Positions 8,658-18,813 are shown, counted from the first letter of the stretch. The stretch: DNA of 53,515 nucleotides from Planctomycetota bacterium (GCA_025357795.1 JANYLN010000182.1:1-53515), one strand, 5' to 3'. The notes: generated by a model from the sequence alone, not told the origin. Translations and numbers: made by a program.

Positions 8658-11078
8658 CTATCGGCTGCGCCGCCCGCACCGTCCGTACCACTTCACGCCC
8701 GCCAGCCCGGCAAAGGCCAACGTGTAGAAGAGCACGAAATTCGCCGCGCCGACCCCACCTTGGCCGCACCGGATGCCGCTCTTGCCGGAACCCGTACCCG
8801 TGCCTCCTGTGCCCGCTGGCCGCACCTTGATCAGTTCCTCCGCCTGATCACTGAGCTGGCCGTCGCTGACGGTCAGTGTGACCGTCACGATGATCTCGTC
8901 CTTCTGGCCCGTAGGAGCCAGAAACGTCGGCGTGCTGGTGCCCGAGACAGCCATCTGCACGGGCCAGTAGACCTCCCACTTGTAGGTCAGCGGGTCCTCG
9001 TCCGGGTCATAGCTGGCGGTGGCGTCCAGATCCACCAGGTCGCCGCCATCGACGACCGAAGGCATCAGGAAACTCGCGACGGGCGCCTGGTTGGGCGCCG
9101 GCTCAAGCACCACCCCCACTGTGCGGTCTTGTGTCATTGTGACGGTATTCCACACGCCGGTCGCCTGGTCGTTGTTCGTGCCTGTCCAGCCTTTGACCCT
9201 GTAATGGTGGCCCGGCGTGACGGTCAGGACCCCCCTCGTGCCATCGTTGTAGACACCGCCGGACGGAGTGATCGTGCCGGGCCCACCGCTGACCGAAGCG
9301 TTCAGCTGCCAGGTGATCCTCTCGAACTCGACCGAGACCGCCGTCCTGTCAGCCGTGCCGATCAGCACCGTGTTATCGTTGGAGGTCGAGGCGTCGTTCC
9401 GCGTGCCATGCCATTGCTTGACGCGCCAACCTGGATCCGGCGTCGCGGTGACCGAGACCTCGTCGCCCTCGTATGGCTGCTGTACGTTGGGCGCGACTAT
9501 GCCGCCGCCCGTGCCTCCGACCACGGCCAGGTTCAGCACATGCGTCGGACGGATGACCTCGTCGCTGGCGCTGGCCTTGTCATTGTCGGTCCTGAAGTCC
9601 TTCTCGTCTGACGAGACGTTCGTGTCGACGGTCATTGTCCCCGCCGTCGCAGGGGCTCGCACCGTGATTACGACTGATTTCGGGTCCTCGACAGCCAGAA
9701 GGGGGATGTTCCAGATGACGGCGTCATCGGCCGGAACATACGATCCCGCGCTGGCCGACTCGAACGTCGCTCCGTGCAGGTTCACCTTGACCACTACGTT
9801 GTTGGCCTGGTCAGGGCCGTGGTTGGTGACGGTAACGGTGTACTCGACCGGGCGGTCGACCAGGATGGTGCCCGTCGCGCGAGTCTGGGTCACCTCCAGG
9901 TCCGCGCCGCGCGGTTCCGCGGCGTTGGTGACATATTTGACCTGGTTGTCCTGCCGGTAAACCAGATGCACCTTACCAGTCGGATCTGTGGTGATGGCCG
10001 GGTTATCGACAAGGGCGCCGTCGATCGTGTTCAGTACCGAGGAGGCCTGCCAGCCGCCCGAACTCTTCAAGGCCTGCCGGACCTTCCTATCTGTGCCAAC
10101 GAAATAGTTGACGGTGACAGCCTCCGTCCCGTCCACCGTCAGCGAGGGGATGATCGTGCCGCTGGTGGCGCCCGTGTCGCCGATCTGTTCGATCGTCCAG
10201 ACGGGGTCCGCCGGGGCCTTGGTCGCGCAGCGCAGCGTGTCGTCGTCCGCATAAACGGCGTGGACCTGGTGGCTGGGCGATTCCACGTACAGGGCGGTCG
10301 GCATGCTCGTAGTGACGCTGGCGATGGTCGAATGGGCCCAGCTGCCGCCCAGGTTGGTGGCATAGCGCAGCTCACCCCCGGAACTGTAGAGGACATGCGC
10401 GACGTTGGCCGCATCGACGAAGATCGTCACATAGCGGTTGGCCACGGAGTCAATCGTGACGTTACTCCAACTGCCCGACTCTCCCGCGTTGGTCGTGTAT
10501 CGCAGATTGTTGGCGTGGTCGACCGTCAGGATCGTCAGGATGTGGACACGGTTGTTGGAGTCAGCCGCGATGGCGCTGTAGTGAGAGTCGGTGGTACCCT
10601 CGATCGCCTGATGGGTCCACGCGCCCGAGCGGTTGGTTGCATACTGTATGGTGTGGTTGTACGTTTCAAAATAGGTTACGTGCAGGTTGCCAGTCGAGTC
10701 GACCGCCATGGCGAGGCTGTCCAGGCTCGGGGAGTCGGCCTCGCCCTGCGAATCGATCTGTTGCAACGTCTTCCAGGAGGGCGCCGCCCCGTACGCATTG
10801 CTCGCGTAGCGCAGGGCATTGGTGGTCGGCCCCGTGTAGGCCGCGTGCGCCTGCCCGCCCGGTTGCACTGCGATGGCGGTCTCGCCGGTGCCCAGGGCAG
10901 GGTTCTCCACGATCTGTGGGACCCACGGGGCCCACGCCTGCGGTCCGGCTTCGCTGCCGGCGACCACTGCCAGGACGATCAGCAGAGTCATCGTTGTCCG
11001 GCTCGAGAGCAGCCTGCCTACTCTGCCGGCATACCAGACCGATCCTGTGCCCGTCTTGCTCCCCTGCAGACTCATCAT
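8658..11078 (-). CDS. Large secreted/cell-surface repeat protein: beta-propeller-like YATN repeats, DUF11 domain, two InlB-B-repeat-like domains, PKD domain, Gly/Cys C-terminal sorting-like tail
   Basis: The start at 11078 (ATGATG) is preceded by aggaga. About seven units end in (L/I)(R/Q)YATN-like motifs. The DUF11 block is ADLEVTQT...VEYTVTVTNHGPDQANNVVV. The PKD block is DATASYDPDEDPLTYKWEV. The tail is GIRCGQGG, then a hydrophobic helix, then RCGRRSR. Confidence 0.8.
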   Translation of the reverse strand: MMSLQGSKTGTGSVWYAGRVGRLLSSRTTMTLLIVLAVVAGSEAGPQAWAPWVPQIVENPALGTGETAIAVQPGGQAHAAYTGPTTNALRYASNAYGAAPSWKTLQQIDSQGEADSPSLDSLAMAVDSTGNLHVTYFETYNHTIQYATNRSGAWTHQAIEGTTDSHYSAIAADSNNRVHILTILTVDHANNLRYTTNAGESGSWSNVTIDSVANRYVTIFVDAANVAHVLYSSGGELRYATNLGGSWAHSTIASVTTSMPTALYVESPSHQVHAVYADDDTLRCATKAPADPVWTIEQIGDTGATSGTIIPSLTVDGTEAVTVNYFVGTDRKVRQALKSSGGWQASSVLNTIDGALVDNPAITTDPTGKVHLVYRQDNQVKYVTNAAEPRGADLEVTQTRATGTILVDRPVEYTVTVTNHGPDQANNVVVKVNLHGATFESASAGSYVPADDAVIWNIPLLAVEDPKSVVITVRAPATAGTMTVDTNVSSDEKDFRTDNDKASASDEVIRPTHVLNLAVVGGTGGGIVAPNVQQPYEGDEVSVTATPDPGWRVKQWHGTRNDASTSNDNTVLIGTADRTAVSVEFERITWQLNASVSGGPGTITPSGGVYNDGTRGVLTVTPGHHYRVKGWTGTNNDQATGVWNTVTMTQDRTVGVVLEPAPNQAPVASFLMPSVVDGGDLVDLDATASYDPDEDPLTYKWEVYWPVQMAVSGTSTPTFLAPTGQKDEIIVTVTLTVSDGQLSDQAEELIKVRPAGTGGTGTGSGKSGIRCGQGGVGAANFVLFYTLAFAGLAGVKWYGRCGRRSR

Positions 11079-11404
11079 TATCTCTCCTGGCGCAACACGT
11101 CCTGGATGCCTGACTGCGAATGTCCGCTGTCCAGCCACATTGTTAGCCCATGCCTCGAAACGAGATAGCCCCTGGCTCGGCCCCCTCGGTTGTTGCATGT
11201 TCGTATAAGATACCTGTCGCCAAAGTGCGTTACAACCAATTTAATTGCAACCGCTTACAGGCCTGCTCTAAGCCGCCCGGCAGACCGGCCCGATTCATGT
11301 TGATCTGTATCTGGAATAAGGCGGCCGCCGCCGAGACAGCGGCCGCCACGCCTTGAAGGATATTACCCCTTTGGCAGGCGGGACCTTTCAGCAGCAAACG
11401 GCGC

Positions 11405-11457
11405 CCGGAAAACAGCAACGGCAACCGCTCGTCCTGCGAGAGCGGTTGCCGTCTGCT
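11405..11457 (-). terminator. Rho-independent terminator after the beta-propeller gene
   Basis: Read on the minus strand: cagcagacggcaaccgctc, loop, gagcggttgccgttgctg, followed by tttt. It lies ~34 nt downstream of the stop at 11491. Confidence 0.55.
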
Positions 11458-11490
11458 GGTCCCGGACCTTTGGCCCTTATCTTTGTCGAT

Positions 11491-13485
11491 TTACGGCAGA
11501 TCCACCGTTGACTGCAGAAGGCTCATGTCGCTAAAGGCCGCGGCCTTGATGTCGTGCTCGCAGGCGGCGTAGACGCTCTGGCCGATGAATACCCCGCGGG
11601 TCCACTGGCCATAGTCCCAGTTCCACGGGCTGCTCTGGTTGACCGTGGAGATCCGGCCCGCGTACTCGAATCCCTTGTCCAGGCTGACGCGGTAGACCAT
11701 CAGGCCGCCGAAGGTGTAGTCGCCGTAGTTGGGAGGCGTCGCGCTGCCCTCGTACAGGTCGATCGGGAAGGCCAGCAGTCCGTTGTAGTACGTGAAGGCC
11801 TTGTGGTTGTGCAGCGCCTCGGAGTCCGTGCCGCGCACGCCGAGCGTCTGATTGTGCAGCAACTGCGGGTTGGCCAGATCGCTCACGTCGAAGATCGACA
11901 GCTTCACGCCCGTGTACCAGGCGAACTCGCCCTGGTCGTCGGCGTCCTTGCCGATGGTCAGCAGGTGGTTCTCATCCATCAGGTGGATGTACTCGCTGTA
12001 GCCCGGCACCTTCAGCTCGCCGACGACCTTGGGATTATGCGGATCCGCCAGGTCGACCGTGAACAGCGGGTCGATCTTCTTGAACGTTACCAGGAACCCC
12101 CGGTCGCCCACGAACCGCGCGGCGTAGAGTTCTTCGCCCGGGGCGATCCCGTCAATCTGTCCCGCCACCTCGAGTTTGTTGTCAACCTGCTCGAGCACCA
12201 CGACGTGGTTCTCCGACGCCTGGACCGTCCCGCTGAAGATCGAACCGGGGGAGGCGACCCAGAAGCCGCCGCTCGAGTGCCCCTCCGTCGACGCCACCCG
12301 CAGGAACCCGTCCTTTTCGCCCATGCTGAACTGGTTGAGCAGCCAGCCGGGGACCTTGCCGCTGGCGACGTAACTGGCCGCCTCGCCGGTCAGGTCGAAC
12401 TTGTGGACCTCGGTGTTGCTTCGCTCGTAGCCGTAGGAGTCGTAATTGGTGCTGGTGATGTACAGGGCCTGCGTCGAGGCGTAGATCACCCCGTAGTCCG
12501 CCATCGCACTGGTCGAGACAGGCTGCGCGTCGGGGTTGGTCGTATCGACCGTTGTGACGGTCACGACGCTGTAGCCGTACGGGTTCGCCGGGTGGTAGAC
12601 GTCTTGCCAGCCGACGACAGGCTGCACGCTCTCGTGCCCGCCCTGCACGACGCGGTACTTCGGCAGGATGTCCTCGACCGCCGCCTTCGCCACGCCATTG
12701 GTCTTGACGATCTCGGTGGTGTCCGGATAGGTGACGCTCACCAAGTAGAGTTTGGCCCCGACCATGCGTGAGGTCATCAGGCTGCCTTGGAACGAGTACT
12801 TCTTCGTCAGGCTCGGCGCCGCCGGGTTGGCCACGTCCACCAGGTAGACGTCGAAGGTCTGCTGATCCGTCAGCCAGGGCCGTTCCGACCCGCTGTCCGC
12901 TGTGCCGCCGGTCGGTTCTGGCATGCCCCAACTGCTCGTGCCAACCCCACCACCATAGTAATAGTATGGGTATTTCGGCTCCGCCAGCACGACCGCCTGG
13001 CCGGTGCCCAGGTAGAGTTCCTTGCCAGGCAGGTCGAGGTCCAGCGACCCAGTTACCTTCATGGCGTCAGCCGGCACGGCCTGCACGATGCTGAGCTTCT
13101 GCTTGGCGACCACGTACAGGTATGTCCCATCCGTCTTGATGTAGTCGCTCTCGTCGACGCCCAGTTCCTGCAGGTTCGTCCCGGAGTAATCCCCTGCGGC
13201 CCCCGCGCTGCTGGCGCTCGGGGCCCCCCCCAAGCCGTCCAGGGCGGCTCCCCCGGCGGTCAGTGGGTCGCGACTCTCCATGTTCGGCGCGCTGCAGCCG
13301 AACAGCCCGCCGAACAGTCCGCCCCCGTAGCGATTGTTGTACTGGTCCGCCAGGTACTGCTTGAGTTCAGTGGCCGAGGTGAACCGCTTCAATTCCGCCG
13401 GTCCGTCCTGGCCGGCTTGACGCCGTGGACAGCCCAAGACCACCACCAGCACCAGCGGCAACACCACAATGAGTAAGCGCTTCAT
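11491..13485 (-). CDS. Secreted lipoprotein with C-terminal beta-propeller domain (Beta_propel family, COG4880-like)
   Basis: MKRLLIVVLPLVLVVVLGC is a lipobox. The blocks YIKTDGTYLYVV and LYAARFVGDRGFLVTFKKIDPLFTVDLADPHNPKVVGELKVPGYSEYIHLMDENHLLTIGKD match the family signature as I remember it. Confidence 0.85.
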   Translation of the reverse strand: MKRLLIVVLPLVLVVVLGCPRRQAGQDGPAELKRFTSATELKQYLADQYNNRYGGGLFGGLFGCSAPNMESRDPLTAGGAALDGLGGAPSASSAGAAGDYSGTNLQELGVDESDYIKTDGTYLYVVAKQKLSIVQAVPADAMKVTGSLDLDLPGKELYLGTGQAVVLAEPKYPYYYYGGGVGTSSWGMPEPTGGTADSGSERPWLTDQQTFDVYLVDVANPAAPSLTKKYSFQGSLMTSRMVGAKLYLVSVTYPDTTEIVKTNGVAKAAVEDILPKYRVVQGGHESVQPVVGWQDVYHPANPYGYSVVTVTTVDTTNPDAQPVSTSAMADYGVIYASTQALYITSTNYDSYGYERSNTEVHKFDLTGEAASYVASGKVPGWLLNQFSMGEKDGFLRVASTEGHSSGGFWVASPGSIFSGTVQASENHVVVLEQVDNKLEVAGQIDGIAPGEELYAARFVGDRGFLVTFKKIDPLFTVDLADPHNPKVVGELKVPGYSEYIHLMDENHLLTIGKDADDQGEFAWYTGVKLSIFDVSDLANPQLLHNQTLGVRGTDSEALHNHKAFTYYNGLLAFPIDLYEGSATPPNYGDYTFGGLMVYRVSLDKGFEYAGRISTVNQSSPWNWDYGQWTRGVFIGQSVYAACEHDIKAAAFSDMSLLQSTVDLP

Positions 13486-13656
13486 GCCTGTGTCTCCTGG
13501 AATAATCAACGGTCAGCGGTCAACAGTCGCCTGCCGACCGGGTTGGCCCGGTTCGGTCATAGGTGCCACGCCTTCGCTCTTTTGCAGGCGTGCTGCCTCC
13601 CTGCCATTATACCTATGGGCCCACGACCTTTCAGCAGGGAAGGGGGTTTCCTCTCC

Positions 13657-14709
13657 TCACTCGTCCGATTTGCTCGAGAACACCACGCTACGGGTCGTGT
13701 CCAATCCCTCCATGTGCCGGCTCCTGGGGCAATCCAGGATGATTCCCTTGCCCACCGACGCCGCATGAATCTTGCGCATGTCGTTCAGATGCGGCTGCGA
13801 CGGGTTGATCGCCATCAGCCAGTTCGAGTCGGTCAGGCTGTCGACACAGTGATCCACGTGCCCGCAGAAGTGGATCGCCCCACCCTCGAACTGCTGCAGG
13901 ATCCGCTCGTCGTAAGGCTTGACGAATTGCTCGTACATGTCGTTGGACAGGTTGACGATCGAATCGTCACGCAGCACCACTTGGCCCTTCCAGAGCCGGC
14001 CCCAGTGCGCGCTGTACGCGCTGTCCCGCGACGGGATCACCTCCTGCCAACGCTTCATGAACTGAATGTACGTCTGCGTGATGAGTTCCGTAACAGCCTT
14101 AACCTTCTCGGCCTGGTCGTAAAATGCGTAGAATATCTCCGAGCCCCACAGCAGCTCGACCACGTCGATCGGGCCCTGGAGATCCGGGTGGTAAATCCAT
14201 ACCACTTCGCGGATCTTCGGGTAAGGCTTGAGCGCCTCTTTGAAGTACTCCGCCGTCTCGAATACCTGGTGCCCGAACCCGTTGTTCAGGTCCGGCAGGC
14301 CGCCTGCGAGGATCTTGTCGATCGCCACCTCACCCATGGGCCTGTTGGTCGGCAGGGTGTCCAGCGCCTCGTCCATCCAGAACGTCTCCGCCCCGAACAG
14401 CGACGGCAGGATGCACGTGCCATAGTTGCAGCGGATGTTCGGGATGTGATAGGTCCGCCCGCAGGCTACCTCGTAGACCGCCCCCAACTCGCGAAGCAGC
14501 ATCTTCTCGGGATCCGCAATCGCCTGGTTGATCGGGATCACGGGCCAGGCCTCGCCCTTTCGCCCCCCGGCCGAGCGGTAAACCTCAAAACTGCCCTCGA
14601 CCGGCTTGAGATCCAGCACGTGCTTCCAGATCCGCAGTTTCTGATGCTCCCAATCCATGTCGATGGCGTTCTCGAGTTTTTCCAGCCAGGGCGCAAGCGT
14701 AGCGTTCAT
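13657..14709 (-). CDS. Uroporphyrinogen decarboxylase (URO-D/MtaA)-like superfamily protein, function unknown
   Basis: 350 aa with no signal peptide and good GC3. The overall pattern (..NIRCNYGTCILPSLFGAE.., ..AIHFCGHVDH..) resembles URO-D-like TIM-barrel proteins. The assignment is tentative. Confidence 0.5.
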   Translation of the reverse strand: MNATLAPWLEKLENAIDMDWEHQKLRIWKHVLDLKPVEGSFEVYRSAGGRKGEAWPVIPINQAIADPEKMLLRELGAVYEVACGRTYHIPNIRCNYGTCILPSLFGAETFWMDEALDTLPTNRPMGEVAIDKILAGGLPDLNNGFGHQVFETAEYFKEALKPYPKIREVVWIYHPDLQGPIDVVELLWGSEIFYAFYDQAEKVKAVTELITQTYIQFMKRWQEVIPSRDSAYSAHWGRLWKGQVVLRDDSIVNLSNDMYEQFVKPYDERILQQFEGGAIHFCGHVDHCVDSLTDSNWLMAINPSQPHLNDMRKIHAASVGKGIILDCPRSRHMEGLDTTRSVVFSSKSDE

Positions 14710-15320
14710 ATGCCTTTGTAGTCCTTTCGCAGTCCTGCGGGGCTTCTTGCCAGTGAGACGACCTCACATTGTACCGAACTGACCCCCACGCCAAAACCCC
14801 TCGCCGGCAGGATGTAGCCCTGTTCGGAGTTCCCACTTCAACGGAGTCGTGGCCGTTTCTTTGCCGTTGGCCTGCTTGCGACGGCGTAGCCGTTGTTGGG
14901 CGAAGCCGGGTCGCTGGCTGCAATGCCGCCAACCTATCGTTGCCGCTAACAAACAACAAATAACAGGTAATGAAGAACGAACAAAGATAGCACCCGACAA
15001 CAGCTCACTGCCCCGGCGATTGCCGACCCACGATCGACAACCATCCCCGCTGGCGGTTTGACTTTCCCTAAGCGGCCCGCCTACTTTTGGATAGAGGAAA
15101 TTCCCGTAAATTCTAGCGCGGCAATGACCAGTCCGGTAGGCGAGGGTCTGCAAAGGCCGCGGCAGTGATCTGTAGGCGTTCCTCGCTCCAGCAACGGGGG
15201 TTGCAGGGCGGCCAGTCTGATCCGTTCTTATCGATTCGTGTCTCCGCTGGCCACGGCGAACCTCGCCAAGGCTGCCGGTGCAGGACGGCCCCTATCCTAG
15301 GCAATAAGGAGAATCTTGTC

Positions 15321-16292
15321 ATGATGTTCCTGTATCCGTGGGGAGCGCAGCCCAACCGCCCGGCCCGTAATTGGCACCGGCCCGCGCTGTCACTGATGGC
15401 GCTGGGGCTGGTCACGTGCCTGGTACCACCGACCGCTCACGCCGTCATCGACCTCCGAGTCGGCCCGCTGGGCTGGACCGCGCCGCTGCCCGGCCCCGTG
15501 CCAGGCGAACAAACGCCCCTGGTTGCCACCGTCATCAACGATGGCACCGACTCCTCCCCAGCCGTCAACGTCAACATCTGGAAGAACTGGACCCAGCAGA
15601 CCCTGCCCACCTCCGCCGCCGGTAGCGATCAGCAGCAAACCCTCGACCCCGTGCCGCCAGGCCTGGAAAACGCCAAGACCCTTACCTTCAACGTTTCGTA
15701 CGGCGCGGTCGGCACGTATTTCCTCCTGGTCGTCATCGACGTGGGCAACACGGTGCAGGAATTTACAAAGGATAATAACGCCTACGGGTTTGTCATCACG
15801 GTCATCCCAGCCGGGTCCGACCTGATCATCGAAAGCATCGTGCCCAGTACCGATCCGATCGTCGCAGGTCAGGCCTTCCAGATGGCCGTCGGCATCAAGA
15901 ACCAGGGCCGCACCGCCGTCGGATCCTTCAGTGTCGCGATCTTCAAAAACCTCGGCGCCGAACCCGCTAACGGCAACGGCAACGACGGCGTGCAGCAGGT
16001 GAATGGTCTGGCCTCGGGACAGAGTACTACCCTGAATGTCGACGTTCTGTACGACTCGGTCGGCGACAACACCTTCTGGGCCCTGGCTAACCAGGACCGC
16101 AGCATCACCGAGCCCGACATGACCAATGACGCCGCCAGCGTCCAGATGACCGTCGTCGACGCAGGCGGGGGCGGCAGCAGCAAGCGAGGCTGCGGGATAG
16201 GGGGCGATTCGCCCGACCACCTGCTGCCCATCCTGACAGTCGGCCTGATGCTGGGCCTGATGACTTTCCGTCGGCTGACCCGCGTGCAGTAA
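15321..16292 (+). CDS. Secreted CARDB-domain repeat protein with Gly/Cys C-terminal sorting-like tail
   Basis: The ATG at 15321 is preceded by aaggag. The signal peptide is ALSLMALGLVTCLVPPTAHA. There are two CARDB-like units (DLRVGPL...VATVINDGT and DLIIESI...VGIKNQGRTAVGSF). The tail is KRGCGIGG, then LLPILTVGLMLGLMTF, then RRLTRVQ. Confidence 0.75.
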   Translation: MMFLYPWGAQPNRPARNWHRPALSLMALGLVTCLVPPTAHAVIDLRVGPLGWTAPLPGPVPGEQTPLVATVINDGTDSSPAVNVNIWKNWTQQTLPTSAAGSDQQQTLDPVPPGLENAKTLTFNVSYGAVGTYFLLVVIDVGNTVQEFTKDNNAYGFVITVIPAGSDLIIESIVPSTDPIVAGQAFQMAVGIKNQGRTAVGSFSVAIFKNLGAEPANGNGNDGVQQVNGLASGQSTTLNVDVLYDSVGDNTFWALANQDRSITEPDMTNDAASVQMTVVDAGGGGSSKRGCGIGGDSPDHLLPILTVGLMLGLMTFRRLTRVQ

Positions 16293-16356
16293 CAGAATGA
16301 TGCCGCCCGGGCCCAGCCCGGACGTTCAACCAAGTCCCCAATCCGTTCAACGGCGA

Positions 16357-16389
16357 GGGCCATGCTCGACTCTTTGGCGAGCATGGCCC
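16357..16389. terminator. Hairpin between convergent genes (CARDB protein and heparinase-like protein)
   Basis: gggccatgctcg / cgagcatggccc form a 12-bp perfect stem with a 9-nt loop, followed by aatatttg on the plus strand. Confidence 0.45.
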
Positions 16390-16404
16390 AATATTTGCTT
16401 CTGC

Positions 16405-18813
16405 CTACTTCCCGCTGGTCACGGCTGCCTTTACCTCGAACGTCTTCACGTCCACGGGTTCGACCGTTGCCAACCCCTTGCGTGACTGGCGCCGTCCGAA
16501 TACCTTCGCGCCGTCGGCATCGGCCGTCACACACACGCTGTCCTTGGCCTGCACGAGCACCTTGTCGCCCCATTTTAGGTACGTGCCTTCCCCGAGGACG
16601 TAGCCCACTACCTGCTCGCCCTTCATGCGGACCATCGCCATCAGCCCGTCCGTCTGCAACGGACCGCTGACCAGAGGGGACCCCTGCTGCTCGCACATTT
16701 CCTCGCTCTGCCAGGCCAGCTGGTCCACCCGTCCGTCCGCCAGCACGACCTTCGCCGCCCCAGCCGACTCGCCCTCGCAAACCACCGGCAGGGCCTGCAC
16801 CACGGGCTTGGTCTCCGCTGTCTCCTGCAGCGTCGCGATTGCCGCATACCGGACCCGCACGCCCTTTTGCACCACGCCGATCCGCACCAGGTCCTTGCTC
16901 CACTTCTTCTGGGCGAGGTTGGGCGCCTTCTCGGTGGTCACCATCGGCGCCTGCGGCGTGACGAAGTGGATCGCGCAGCTTCCGTTCTGGGCCGTCAGCA
17001 CCAGCGGATCGGAGAGCGTCCCCTTGCCGCTCTGCGTCAGGCCTGTCGGGGCGTGCCACTGCCACTTGTAGACGTGCGGGTCGTCGCTGAATTGGTTGTC
17101 GTCCAGTGTCACCAGGTACGGCGTGGCTGTCCCCTTCACGAACAGGCACGCCCGCTCCGCGCGGATCGCCGGGTTGTCGATAATGATCGAGTTGTCCCGG
17201 TACGACCACTTGGCGTCCCCGCGCACGTAATCCGCCAGCGGCCCCGTCGCCAGCCCCACCAGCATTCCCTGGGTCGAATTGTCGTCCGCACACGAACCGT
17301 CGTTGTCATGCCGCGGCCAGCCGCCGTCGTCCACGACGATCATGTTGTGCTCGAAGTCCACGCCGTGATTCGGATTGCCGTACGGGAACAGCATCTCGTG
17401 CGTGGCAAACAGCGTCCCGAACGCCCCCAGCAGGAACGAGTTCATGTCGTAGTGCTGGTGGTTGCACCGCTCATAGCGCGTGACGAATGCGAAGAAGGCC
17501 GCATCCGGGTTGTCCCAACGCGTCCGGCTGAAGAAGTACCCTGCCCGGTTCTCCGTGACCTCGAAGTACTTCGCTGGCGCACTCTCGGCCGCGACCGGGC
17601 TCACAGGTCGCAGGTCCAGCGGGTACCACAGGTACGTGATCAGCGGATCGATGTACAACGGGTCCGCGTAGGTCCGCCACGTCCACAGACCCGCGGCGTC
17701 CCGGCTGCGCCCCAAGCCCAGCAGGTACTCCGCCGCGAAGGTCCGCCGGCCGTAACTGGTGTTGTCGCCGATCGGTGCGCAGCCGCCCTGCGGCATCCAC
17801 TGGTGCATCTGATACTGCATCGTGTGCATCACGCCGGATGCGCCGAGGAAGTCCGGCCCGCCCGCCCGGCGCAACGCCTCGGCGAACACCGCCGGGTACT
17901 TGTAGCCGACGATTGCGTAGTTCGGCCCCTCCCAGCAGATGCCCGAGGGCTTCCAACTCGTCGGGAAGAAGTTCTGCCCGATCCGCCGCGTCGCCTCGCG
18001 GAGCCACACCGCCGCCTGCGGATTGGCCGAATCCGCGTGGATCGCCACCGCCAGAATCCCCAGCCCCCCGATCGGGATCGACCCGACGTTGTAGCTCGCC
18101 TCGCGCCACCACCGCTTGTCCGTGTGCATCAGGCACGAGCTGCACCAGTGCTCCAGCTCCGGCAGGATCGCCCCGCGCTGCTGCGGGGTCATGTACCCGT
18201 ACAACCAGTCCCATGCCAGCGCCAGACCCCGCAGCGGCGCGGCGTGGATGTGGAAGTTCGCTGCCCCGACCTCGTAGAACTGGTCCGCGTCGGTCTTGTG
18301 CAGCCCCGCCTGCATCAGGGCGATCGCCTTGTCCGCCATCTCCCGGTCGTCAGTCACCAGCGCGAGGAATGCCCGCGCCTCCAACTGTTCCCACCACTCC
18401 TCCATCTCGTCCGGCTTGTTCGCCAGCGTGACCATCTTCTCCCAGCACTGCTCCAGTAGCGCATCCTGCCCCTTGCGCTTGGCGATCGCGCGGACCTCCT
18501 CCTTGCCAAACAGCATGAACGGATGGCTCGGCATCTGCCGCGTCAGCAGGCAGCAACTGTTCGACATGTCCGCCGCGTCCGGGGCCGGCTTGGTCACGCT
18601 GCCTGGCTGCGTGCTGGCCGCCGTCTGTGTGGCGACCGCTCCGTGATCGGTCGGCGTATGCCAAGTGGCGCCGGCTGTGGCCCTTTTGGGGTTTACGACA
18701 GGCTGGCTCGAAGGGCCCTTGGGGCCAGTTTTGCCGAGCTTGATGCAACCGACGGACAGTACCATGGCAGCAGCGACCAGGAGAGTTGCGACCAGAACGG
18801 AATACTTGCCCAT
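16405..18813 (-). CDS. Heparinase II/III-like (polysaccharide lyase-like) lipoprotein
   Basis: 802 aa. MGKYSVLVATLLVAAAMVLSVGC is a lipobox. The block CNHQHYDMNSFLLGAFGTLFATHE resembles the H.H.D.GSF..... core of the heparinase II/III family. The N-terminal half is helical and Trp-rich, like alginate-lyase-type toroids. Confidence 0.6.
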   Translation of the reverse strand: MGKYSVLVATLLVAAAMVLSVGCIKLGKTGPKGPSSQPVVNPKRATAGATWHTPTDHGAVATQTAASTQPGSVTKPAPDAADMSNSCCLLTRQMPSHPFMLFGKEEVRAIAKRKGQDALLEQCWEKMVTLANKPDEMEEWWEQLEARAFLALVTDDREMADKAIALMQAGLHKTDADQFYEVGAANFHIHAAPLRGLALAWDWLYGYMTPQQRGAILPELEHWCSSCLMHTDKRWWREASYNVGSIPIGGLGILAVAIHADSANPQAAVWLREATRRIGQNFFPTSWKPSGICWEGPNYAIVGYKYPAVFAEALRRAGGPDFLGASGVMHTMQYQMHQWMPQGGCAPIGDNTSYGRRTFAAEYLLGLGRSRDAAGLWTWRTYADPLYIDPLITYLWYPLDLRPVSPVAAESAPAKYFEVTENRAGYFFSRTRWDNPDAAFFAFVTRYERCNHQHYDMNSFLLGAFGTLFATHEMLFPYGNPNHGVDFEHNMIVVDDGGWPRHDNDGSCADDNSTQGMLVGLATGPLADYVRGDAKWSYRDNSIIIDNPAIRAERACLFVKGTATPYLVTLDDNQFSDDPHVYKWQWHAPTGLTQSGKGTLSDPLVLTAQNGSCAIHFVTPQAPMVTTEKAPNLAQKKWSKDLVRIGVVQKGVRVRYAAIATLQETAETKPVVQALPVVCEGESAGAAKVVLADGRVDQLAWQSEEMCEQQGSPLVSGPLQTDGLMAMVRMKGEQVVGYVLGEGTYLKWGDKVLVQAKDSVCVTADADGAKVFGRRQSRKGLATVEPVDVKTFEVKAAVTSGK

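Noticed and set aside
15090-15110. agaggaaattccc resembling the RNase P RNA gaggaaagtcc motif
   Set aside because: It is a single short, imperfect match. None of the other conserved RNase P RNA regions or helices could be found in the surrounding 600 bp.
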